A stretch of 35,064 nucleotides of DNA, from NCBI GenBank assembly GCA_030607815.1, contig JAUWJG010000001.1, positions 1 to 35,064 of the forward strand. The letters run 5' to 3'. Each line of letters begins with the position of its first letter. The first letter of the stretch is position 1. The notes under the pieces are model-generated. The model was not told the origin of the DNA. It worked only from the letters and a program-made list of their open reading frames with translations, and made no database searches. Shown here one piece after another: positions 7,729 through 15,891 of the stretch. Source of the stretch: Candidatus Bathyarchaeota archaeon. Its GTDB lineage: Archaea > Thermoproteota > Bathyarchaeia > RBG-16-48-13 > GCA-020355125. The position numbers and the translations under genes are program-made.

Positions 7729-8838
7729 ATGAATCTCCAAGAATTAGTTCAGAAACATAAGCTACTTGAATGCATTCACTGCGGAATGTGTTCTGGAGGT
7801 TGTCCTGTTTCGAGAAAGACAAACTTGAATGTTAGAAAGTATATGCGAGAAGTTGCAGTTTATAATGAAGAAATTAAACCACCACATAATGAACTGTGGA
7901 GTTGTACAACCTGTGCTTCATGTGGAATACGATGTCCTAAGGACATTAATCCTTACGAGTTTTTAATAGATCTCCGCAGTTTGGAAGTTGAAAAAGGGAG
8001 AATTACACCCACGATTCGAGATGCATTAGAAACTATCTTTAACAATGGTAATCCTTGGGGGGGAATAAGAAGTAAAAGATCTGAATGGACTCAAGAATTA
8101 AATGTTAAACATATTTCACAAGGTGCTGACATCCTATATTATGTTGGTTGTACGTCTGCGTACGATCCTCAAGTCCAAAACGTACCAAAAAGCCTTGTAA
8201 AATGTTTGAATAAAGCCGAAGTAGACTTTGGAATTTTAGGCGATGAAGAAAACTGTTGCGGAAGCGAAGTTTATGGAATGGGTGAAAAAGGTTTATTTGA
8301 AGTTTTAATCGAAGAAAACATGAAGAATTTCGTAAAGTATGATATAAAAAATGTTATTGTGAATTGTCCACACGCTTATCATACTTTTATAAATCGATAT
8401 GGAAAAACTTCATTTATAGTACAACATCACACTCAATTACTTGCTACTTTGATTGAAAATGAAAAAATATCCTTCTCTAAAGAACTAAATAAGAAGGTCA
8501 TCTATCATGACCCATGTTTTTTAGGTAAACAGAACGGTATCTACGATGAACCTCGAAAAGTTATTGAAAGTATACCGGGTGTAGAATTATTAGAATTCGA
8601 CCGTTCAAGAGACCGAAGTCTCTGCTGTGAAGGAGGAGGTGGAAGAATGTGGATCGATATCCCTGGAGAGCGTCTTGCAGAAATCCGTGTTAGAAATGCT
8701 GTTGAATATGGAGCAGATATATTAGCTGTAGCATGTCCATTCTGTCGCTTAACCATTGAAGATGCAATTAAAACAACAGATCTAGAAAAGAAAATACGTG
8801 TGATGGATGTAGCAGAATTGGTTTCACTCACATTATGA
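7729..8838 (+). CDS. HdrD/GlcF-like soluble Fe-S protein (2x[4Fe-4S] ferredoxin domain plus two CCG cysteine-rich repeats)
   Basis: 369 aa with CIHCGMCSGGCP and CTTCASCGIRCP. CCG repeat 1 is YYVGC..ENCCGSE..NCPHAY. CCG repeat 2 is HDPC..SLCCEGGGG..ACPFC. No long hydrophobic segment is present. Divergent from hdrA across a 100-bp spacer. Confidence 0.8.
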   Translation: MNLQELVQKHKLLECIHCGMCSGGCPVSRKTNLNVRKYMREVAVYNEEIKPPHNELWSCTTCASCGIRCPKDINPYEFLIDLRSLEVEKGRITPTIRDALETIFNNGNPWGGIRSKRSEWTQELNVKHISQGADILYYVGCTSAYDPQVQNVPKSLVKCLNKAEVDFGILGDEENCCGSEVYGMGEKGLFEVLIEENMKNFVKYDIKNVIVNCPHAYHTFINRYGKTSFIVQHHTQLLATLIENEKISFSKELNKKVIYHDPCFLGKQNGIYDEPRKVIESIPGVELLEFDRSRDRSLCCEGGGGRMWIDIPGERLAEIRVRNAVEYGADILAVACPFCRLTIEDAIKTTDLEKKIRVMDVAELVSLTL

Positions 8839-8962
8839 AACGTATATATTTTTGAAAAAGTTCTGTATTTCACTTAAATTACTTTCATAATTTTACTTAT
8901 ACACTTAAAAACTTGGAATATTACATAAAATAGTTCATATGTAACAATCGGGATGTAAGTTT

Positions 8963-10330
8963 TTGAAGAAAAAAGTTGGTATAGATGATTTAGCAGTGCA
9001 CATTCCCAAACTTTACCTCGATGCAGAAGAATTAGCAAAGGCTCGAGGGATAGATCCAGGTAAGATCACAAAAGGGCTTGGAATAGAGAAAATGTCTATT
9101 CCTGATGCACATGAAGATGCTGCAACTATGGCTGCAATAGCGGCTCTGAAACTAATGAAGAAAAATAATCTTAATCCAAAAGATATAGATTTCATCCATG
9201 TCGCAACTGAAACAGGTCCAGATGCTGCAAAACCAATATCATGTTATATCCAAGGTATGTTAGAGCAAGTATATGGGAAAAGATGTTTAGATCATATAGG
9301 GGCACCAGAGACTAAATTTGCTTGTGTGGGAGCGACATATGCTTTGATAGACCGATTAGCATATATCGCTGCAGGATGGAATAAACGTAAATATGCTATT
9401 GTCATAGCTACAGACATTGCAAAATATGATCTATATTCTTCAGGTGAATCAACTCAAGGAGCAGCTGCAGTTGCGTTACTTTTAAAAGAAAATCCTCGTC
9501 TTTTAGCTTATGAACCTGATTTTACTGGTTTTGGGACAGTAGATGATAGGGACTTTTATAGACCCATTGAGAGAACTACTGCTGTTGTTGATGGACAATA
9601 TTCTATTGGATGTTATCTTCGAAATATGAGAATCGCAACCGACATGTATAAAAATAATTTAATAAAATTAAACATAATCAAATCTGATCAAGAAAACTTG
9701 AGCGATAAACTTGATTTAATATCATTTCACTCTCCTTTTCCAAAAATGGTTCAATACGCTTTTGCCTCATTTTTAATACATGATTGGAGACGTTTCCCAA
9801 GATGGGATAATATTTTATCTAAGATAGGACCCGAACCTCCTAGAAAAGGCTTAACAAATATAGAGTTTTATGTATCTAAAGATTACAAACGATTTAGAAG
9901 CCGTTTTTCAAAAATAGAGGAGTTTAGAGATGAATATAATGCGAAAGTTGCAAATTCATTGATTGCCTTAAAGCTCATCGGTAATTCTTATACAGCTTCT
10001 GTATGGTTATGTATAGCAAGCCATTTTGGGAATGGAAGAGACAATTTAGACAATAAAAGATTGGGCGTATGTTCCTATGGTAGTGGAAGTAGTGCGATAG
10101 CATGCAGTTTTATTATTCAACCAGAATATAAAGAAGTGATTAAAAAAATAGAATTAATGAGAGATCTTTCTCGTAGGAAAAGGATATCCATGGACGTGTA
10201 TGAGGATTTACATGAAGGAATATTCAAAACAGATGAAAGCGTTATATCTCCTAAGAAAGAATTCGCATTAGACTATATTGGTAAAGAGGATAAAAACGTA
10301 GGTTACAGATATTATAAATATATTGAGTAA
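8963..10330 (+). CDS. Hydroxymethylglutaryl-CoA synthase (long form, 455 aa)
   Basis: The HMGCS catalytic contexts are present: VATETGPDAAKP (Glu), KFACVGATYAL (Cys), SFHSPFPKMV (His), GNSYTASVW, SYGSGS. TTG start. Confidence 0.8.
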   Translation: MKKKVGIDDLAVHIPKLYLDAEELAKARGIDPGKITKGLGIEKMSIPDAHEDAATMAAIAALKLMKKNNLNPKDIDFIHVATETGPDAAKPISCYIQGMLEQVYGKRCLDHIGAPETKFACVGATYALIDRLAYIAAGWNKRKYAIVIATDIAKYDLYSSGESTQGAAAVALLLKENPRLLAYEPDFTGFGTVDDRDFYRPIERTTAVVDGQYSIGCYLRNMRIATDMYKNNLIKLNIIKSDQENLSDKLDLISFHSPFPKMVQYAFASFLIHDWRRFPRWDNILSKIGPEPPRKGLTNIEFYVSKDYKRFRSRFSKIEEFRDEYNAKVANSLIALKLIGNSYTASVWLCIASHFGNGRDNLDNKRLGVCSYGSGSSAIACSFIIQPEYKEVIKKIELMRDLSRRKRISMDVYEDLHEGIFKTDESVISPKKEFALDYIGKEDKNVGYRYYKYIE

Positions 10331-10566
10331 AAATCGTTGATTTAACGATGGGACATATTGATAATCTTAACTTTTTAAAAAAATGTAGATTGTTTTGGTT
10401 GTAGCATTTATTGTTCTAATGGTAGGATAGAACGCCCTACAGAAAGGCGAATTGTCTAAGTACAGTTATCTGAAATTTTTCTGCATTAATGACTTTGGTT
10501 GAGAAGTATATATCTCTTAAATCTTTTATATAAAGAAGAACCAAAGAATCAATTAGGAGATAAGTT

Positions 10567-11337
10567 GTGGGTAGACTAGAAAATAAAATTGCTATAGTTA
10601 CTGGAGGTGCTAAAGGAATAGGCAGAGGTATAGTGTTATCTTTTGCAAAAGAAGGAGCTGATGTAACTATCGCAGATATAAATATTGAAATAGCTGAAAA
10701 TACTGCTGAAGAAATTAGAGCTTTGGGCCGTCAAGTAATGGTTGTAAAAACTGATGTCAGGAAAGAAAAAGAAGTTAATGAGATGGTTAGAAAGACTCTT
10801 AAGAAATTTGGAAAGATCGATATCCTTGTAAATAACGCGGGGACTATTGCGCCCAGTCACATTGATAATGTACATGCGAGTGCTTTGGAGTGGAAAGAAG
10901 ATGATTGGGATGTAACATTAGACACTAACTTAAAGGGAACTTTTTTTTGCTGTAAATTTGTGATCCCTCTTATGAAGAAACAAAAGAGCGGAAAAATAGT
11001 CAATATTTCATCAAGTGCTGGTAGGAGAAGGCGAAGAAGCGGAACGTTGGCTCATTACGCTGCCTCCAAAGCTGCAGTTATAAATTACACTGAAAGCATT
11101 GCAGCGGTTTTAGGGGAATATGGGATTACAGCTAATGTGATTTGTCCCTATTTTATTTGGACAGATCTGTGGAAAGCTGGAGTGGGAGGAGAGCAAAATA
11201 AAGTGAGATTTGATAAAATTGTGCAGTCATCATTGTTAAAAAGGGCTACTACTCCTGAAAATATTGGTGCTTTAGCAGTATTTTTAGCGTCGGAAGATGC
11301 CAATGATATCACAGCACAAGTGATTGATATAGGATAG
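10567..11337 (+). CDS. Short-chain dehydrogenase/reductase (FabG/3-hydroxyacyl or acetoin-reductase-like)
   Basis: 256 aa with TGGAKGIGRGI, NNAG and a YAASKAAV catalytic Tyr/Lys. GTG start is preceded by AGGAGA. Confidence 0.85.
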   Translation: MGRLENKIAIVTGGAKGIGRGIVLSFAKEGADVTIADINIEIAENTAEEIRALGRQVMVVKTDVRKEKEVNEMVRKTLKKFGKIDILVNNAGTIAPSHIDNVHASALEWKEDDWDVTLDTNLKGTFFCCKFVIPLMKKQKSGKIVNISSSAGRRRRRSGTLAHYAASKAAVINYTESIAAVLGEYGITANVICPYFIWTDLWKAGVGGEQNKVRFDKIVQSSLLKRATTPENIGALAVFLASEDANDITAQVIDIG

Positions 11338-11380
11338 TTTAGCTCAAATATTTTCCTCGAAAGTAAGGAGTCGAAGAAAA

Positions 11381-12373
11381 ATGAAAGTGGCTATTCTTGA
11401 AGATGCAAATAAGTTTGTAATAAAAGAAGTACCTAAACCCGAACTTGGTCCATGTAGTGTAGTTATAAAAATTCGTTATTGTTCAATATGTGGATCAGAT
11501 ATTCACATGTACAAGTGGGGACCTAAACCTCAAGACCCTTCAGAGGTAAAGTTGGTTAGTTTTCTTGACAGCATTTTGGGGTTTCCAGCTTATTCTCTTT
11601 TAGGACATCAGATATCTGGAAATATCGTAGAGATAGGCCCTGAAGTAGAGGGATACAACATAGGAGATCGTGTTACGGCTAGAACTCGTGGAGCATATGC
11701 AGATTTCATAATATCAGAAGAATCTCAAGTGTATCATCTTCCAAATGAAGTATCCTTTGAACAAGCAGCTTTTGTTGAACCAGTATCAGTGGCTGTAAGT
11801 GCTGTTAGGCGATCGAGGTTGAAATTAGGGGATGTTGTGGTTATTTTAGGTGCAGGACCTATTGGATTATTTATTTTACAATGTGCCAAAGCTGCAGGAG
11901 TTGGGAGAGTATATGTTTCAGAGATATCTGAATTGAGACTTAAAAAAGCAAAAGAATTGGGTGCTGATGAGGTTTTTAATGCAAAGAAGGTTGATGTTGT
12001 CAAGAGGATTAATAAGATAACTAGAAGTTTAGGTCCTGATGTAGTTTTTGAGTGTGCTGGTAAACCCGAAACGATGTGGCAAATGCTCAATATACTTTCG
12101 AAGCATGGTAAAGGAGTTATCGTTGCCGTCTATGAGAAGCCTTTTGAGATCGACCCTAATCGTATTATGATGAAGAATCTAGATATTGTCGGAATTCTTC
12201 CAACTCGTGGTGAAGGGGAACGGGATCAGTTTAAGATGGCTATAGCCTTAATCAAAACAGGAAAGGTTAGAGTAGATCCAATGATAACAGCAACCTATTC
12301 GCTGAATAATATAAATGGGGCTTTTAATAGCTTGATTAAGGGTGAACAGTTGGGAATTTTGATTAAACCTTGA
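11381..12373 (+). CDS. Medium-chain (Zn-type) dehydrogenase/reductase family protein
   Basis: 330 aa with CSICGSDIHMY, GHQISGNIVEIG, and the Rossmann motif LGAGPIGL. AGGAG lies upstream of the ATG. Confidence 0.75.
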   Translation: MKVAILEDANKFVIKEVPKPELGPCSVVIKIRYCSICGSDIHMYKWGPKPQDPSEVKLVSFLDSILGFPAYSLLGHQISGNIVEIGPEVEGYNIGDRVTARTRGAYADFIISEESQVYHLPNEVSFEQAAFVEPVSVAVSAVRRSRLKLGDVVVILGAGPIGLFILQCAKAAGVGRVYVSEISELRLKKAKELGADEVFNAKKVDVVKRINKITRSLGPDVVFECAGKPETMWQMLNILSKHGKGVIVAVYEKPFEIDPNRIMMKNLDIVGILPTRGEGERDQFKMAIALIKTGKVRVDPMITATYSLNNINGAFNSLIKGEQLGILIKP

Positions 12374-12451
12374 ATTAAGGTAATGAAGTTTGATCTGAGT
12401 GAACAAATTAAATAGAAGTTTAAACATATAGAAGTTCTTGTGGAGATTTAA

Positions 12452-13417
12452 ATGGCTCAGGAAAATATTGAAAAAGATATTTTAATCAAGATGTATAAGC
12501 TGATGGTGACTTCGAGATTCTGGGACAATAATATTGATGACATGCATGCAAAGAAGCAAATGATTGGAATGTCACCCCATTCTGGCCAAGGCCAAGAGGC
12601 AATAGGAGTTGGCGGATGCTTAACCCTTAAAGAAGAGGATTATATGGTTCCTTCTCACCGTGGATGCGCTCATGCCATCACAAAGGGCTTATCATTACGG
12701 AAATTAACTGCGGAATATCTTGGCAAAGCTACTGGTGTTTCTAAAGGAAAAGGTGGCGCACATATTTGTGATCCTACACATAACATTCTAGGTGTTAGTG
12801 GTATTATTGGAGGAGCACTTCTTATAGCCACAGGTGTAGGATGGTCAATAAAAATAAGGAAAACTAAACAGGTTGTAATGGATTTCTTTGGAGATGGTAT
12901 GGCTGGTCAAGCTAGCTTTTATCCAGCTCTGAATCTCTCAGCAGCATGGAAACTTCCAATCATATGGATGTGCGAAAATAACAGAGTTCAACAATTTACG
13001 CATTTTGAAGATGTAATGGGGATGAAAAACATCGCAGAGATGGGTAAACCCTTTGGAATGCCAAGTATAATAGTGGATGGAAACGATGTTATGGCAGTAT
13101 ATAATGCCGCTCAAAACGCGGTTAATAGAGCAAGAAATGGAGAAGGTCCGTCACTGATTGAGTGTAAAACGTATAGATGGAGACCTCACTATGAAGGTGC
13201 CCCGGAGACAAGAACAATAGAAGAACTTTTGGAAATGAAGAAGAAATGTCCTATCAAAAAATTAAGAGCTTACATCATACAAAATAAAGTCATAACAGAG
13301 AAAGAAGCTATAAAAATAGATGAAAACGTAATGTTGGAAATTAAAGACGCTGCAAAATTTGCATTGGAAAGTCCTTGGCCAAAGCCCGAAGAGTTATTCG
13401 AGGATGTTTATGTATAA
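12452..13417 (+). CDS. Thiamine-diphosphate-dependent 2-oxoacid/acetoin dehydrogenase E1 alpha subunit
   Basis: 321 aa with GQGQEAIGVG, SHRGCAHA, GKGGAH, and the TPP motif GDGMAGQASFYPALNLSAAWKLPIIWMCENN. Confidence 0.85.
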   Translation: MAQENIEKDILIKMYKLMVTSRFWDNNIDDMHAKKQMIGMSPHSGQGQEAIGVGGCLTLKEEDYMVPSHRGCAHAITKGLSLRKLTAEYLGKATGVSKGKGGAHICDPTHNILGVSGIIGGALLIATGVGWSIKIRKTKQVVMDFFGDGMAGQASFYPALNLSAAWKLPIIWMCENNRVQQFTHFEDVMGMKNIAEMGKPFGMPSIIVDGNDVMAVYNAAQNAVNRARNGEGPSLIECKTYRWRPHYEGAPETRTIEELLEMKKKCPIKKLRAYIIQNKVITEKEAIKIDENVMLEIKDAAKFALESPWPKPEELFEDVYV

Positions 13418-13434
13418 ATGGATGGTGCATGTAT

Positions 13435-14415
13435 ATGTCTGAAAAAATAATAAATGTGGGTGAGGCGATTCACGATGCCTTAGTTGAGGAGATGAGGAGA
13501 GACCCAAGTGTTATTATTTTAGGTGAGAGTATTCAACGTGCTACCTCGTTTGGTATTACAAGAGGATTATTAACAGAATTTGGGTATAATAGAGTCTGGG
13601 ATACACCAATTGCGGAAAATGCTATTGCAGGATTGGCCTTAGGTGCAGCTTTGACAGGGTTAAGACCCGTTCCAATTATTATGATAGGTGATTTTCTTCC
13701 ATACGCTATGGAAATAATATGTAACGAGATAGCTAAGTACAGGTATATGTTTGGAGGAAACTTCAAAGTACCTATAACTATTAGAGTGGGAGCTCAAGGT
13801 GCTGGAGCAGGTCTCGCTGCTCAACATTCTCAATGTCTTGAAGCTTGGTTTATCCACGTTCCAGGATTAAAAGTAGTATATGCATCAACTCCGTATGATG
13901 CTAAGGGTCTCTTAAAAGCGTCAATCAGAGATGATAACCCAGTATTATTCTTTGAACATAAATTGCTTGGATCGATAACAGGAACTGTACCTACAGAGGA
14001 CTATACGGTTCCAATTGGTGTTGCTGATGTGAAGAGAGAAGGTGAAGATTTGACAATAGTTGCTTGGGCTTTTATGATGCATAAGGCACTTAATGCAGCT
14101 ACAGAGCTTGAAAAGGAAGGGATAAGTGTGGAAGTGGTTGATCCGCGAACCCTTTATCCAATTGATAAAGAAACAATTTTACAATCTGTTAAAAAGACGG
14201 GTAGGCTTATTATTGCAGAAGAAGCTCCTAAAACAGGTAGTATAGGGGCTGAAATATCGGCTATGGTTAATGAAGAAGGTTTTGATTATTTAGATGCTCC
14301 GATTATGCGAGTTGCGGCGCCACATACACCAATTCCATATTCAGCTGCTTTAGAAAAACTTTGGATACCAAATGTAGAGGATATCATTAATATGGCTAAA
14401 AAAATCGTTACATGA
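13435..14415 (+). CDS. 2-oxoacid/acetoin dehydrogenase E1 beta subunit
   Basis: MSEKIINVGEAIHDALVEEMRRDPSVIILGE.., DTPIAENAI, PVLFFEHK. The ORF track opens at 13375, but that stretch overlaps the E1 alpha gene. The ATG at 13435 follows GGATGGTG, and 13429 is also possible. Confidence 0.85.
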   Translation: MSEKIINVGEAIHDALVEEMRRDPSVIILGESIQRATSFGITRGLLTEFGYNRVWDTPIAENAIAGLALGAALTGLRPVPIIMIGDFLPYAMEIICNEIAKYRYMFGGNFKVPITIRVGAQGAGAGLAAQHSQCLEAWFIHVPGLKVVYASTPYDAKGLLKASIRDDNPVLFFEHKLLGSITGTVPTEDYTVPIGVADVKREGEDLTIVAWAFMMHKALNAATELEKEGISVEVVDPRTLYPIDKETILQSVKKTGRLIIAEEAPKTGSIGAEISAMVNEEGFDYLDAPIMRVAAPHTPIPYSAALEKLWIPNVEDIINMAKKIVT

Positions 14416-14483
14416 TACGGATAAATATTGTCAATGAAGATCATTTTTCGAGATATAGTCAATAAAATTGTGGTGATTTGACG

Positions 14484-15677
14484 ATGATAACTAAAGTTGT
14501 TATGCCAATGCTTGGTTGGACTATGAAGGAAGGAACCATAGTAACATGGCTTAAAAAAGAGGGGGAAGGGGTAGAGAAAGGAGAACCTTTACTTGAAGTA
14601 GAAACTGGGAAAGTATTAAAGGATATTGAGTCTCCAGGAACTGGAATTTTGAGGATAATCTTGATACCTGAAGAATCCACAGTACCTGTAACAGAAATTC
14701 TCGCTATAATAGCTGAACCTCAGGAAGACATACCTGATCTTCAAAATATGATTGAAAAAGCGAAGGTGCTTCTAGAATCACCAGAAGCTACATCTATCGA
14801 AAAAAGTGAAGATCGGATAATTAAGAAGCATCCAGTTAAAAGAAAAATTTCTCCAGTTGCAAAGAAAATTGCTGAAAAAAATAATATTGATTTTAATCGA
14901 ATTACTGGTACAGGACCAAATGGTAGGATAGTAAGAAAAGATGTTTTTGAATTTATTGAAATGACAAAATATATGCCCAGGGTTAAGGAAGTCATAAAGC
15001 TAACTGGAATTAGGAAAATAACGGCTGATCGTTTATCATTCAGTTATCGAACAGCAGTACATGTAACAATAACTATGGCTATGAATATGTTAGAAATGGT
15101 GAAGCTTCGTCATAAACTTCTTCCTGAAATCGAAAAGAAGGTACAAAGTCGGGTTACTTATACAGATATGCTAGTAAAAGTTTTAGCTCAAACTTTGGAA
15201 GAATATCCTATTTTAAATTCGACGCTTGAAGATGAGGAAATTAAGATTCTGGAGAACATAAATATAGGTATAGCGGTTGATACTGGGATTGGATTAGTTG
15301 TCCCAGTTGTTCGTGAAGCAAATAAAAAGTCGCTAACTGAAATAGCATTATTAACGAAGAAACTCATAGAAAAAGCAAGGTCGGGTAATCTTGCTTTAAA
15401 TGAAGCCACGGGTGGCTCTTTTACTATTACAAACTTAGGTATGTTCGGTATTGACCAAGGGACGCCTATAATCAACCCACCTGAAATTGCAATTTTGGGA
15501 ATGGGAAGAATCGCTGAGAAACCTGTAGTTATTGATGGAAGAATTGAAATTAGGCCCATGATGAACATCACTTTATCTTTCGATCATAGAGTAATCGATG
15601 GAGCGTTAGCAGCACGATTCTTGCAAAATATGAAACAAAAAATAGAGAAACCTTATGAAGTTTTCAAGATCAATTAA
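14484..15677 (+). CDS. Dihydrolipoamide acyltransferase (E2) with lipoyl, subunit-binding and catalytic domains
   Basis: Lipoyl domain: VMPMLGWTMKEGTIVTWLKKEGEGVEKGEPLLEVETGKV. PSBD: SPVAKKIAEKNNIDFNRITGTGPNGRIVRKDV. Catalytic motif: SFDHRVIDGA. ATG at 14484 lies 6 nt after GGTGAT. The ORF is open from the TTG at 14478. Confidence 0.85.
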   Translation: MITKVVMPMLGWTMKEGTIVTWLKKEGEGVEKGEPLLEVETGKVLKDIESPGTGILRIILIPEESTVPVTEILAIIAEPQEDIPDLQNMIEKAKVLLESPEATSIEKSEDRIIKKHPVKRKISPVAKKIAEKNNIDFNRITGTGPNGRIVRKDVFEFIEMTKYMPRVKEVIKLTGIRKITADRLSFSYRTAVHVTITMAMNMLEMVKLRHKLLPEIEKKVQSRVTYTDMLVKVLAQTLEEYPILNSTLEDEEIKILENINIGIAVDTGIGLVVPVVREANKKSLTEIALLTKKLIEKARSGNLALNEATGGSFTITNLGMFGIDQGTPIINPPEIAILGMGRIAEKPVVIDGRIEIRPMMNITLSFDHRVIDGALAARFLQNMKQKIEKPYEVFKIN

Positions 15678-15891
15678 TATTACAGAAGTCCCTAGATTTA
15701 CTATAAGATGACAAGTTATAGAGTTTAAGTTTTAGAGTTTTCATATGTTTCCAATTTTTCCGTTTCACATTTAAGATAATGATTAAAATATTCCGGTAAG
15801 TTATTGGTCAAATAAACAGATTATGATATAAACGGAAAAGTTCTATCGTTTAGTATTGTTTTTTTAATATTATCAAAAGTCTTGTAATAGG

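Noticed and set aside
10333-10349. The hairpin ATCGTT-gattt-AACGAT immediately after the HMG-CoA synthase stop, considered as a terminator.
   Set aside because: The stem is only 6 bp and is not followed directly by a T-tract. Archaeal termination depends mainly on oligo-T, so the evidence is insufficient to call a feature.
13375-13434. The N-terminal extension of the E1 beta ORF (MAKARRVIRGCLCINGWCMY...).
   Set aside because: It overlaps the 3' end of the E1 alpha gene in another frame and has no homology pattern. The conserved E1 beta N-terminus starts at MSEKIINVGEAI, with an SD-like GGATGGTG just upstream.
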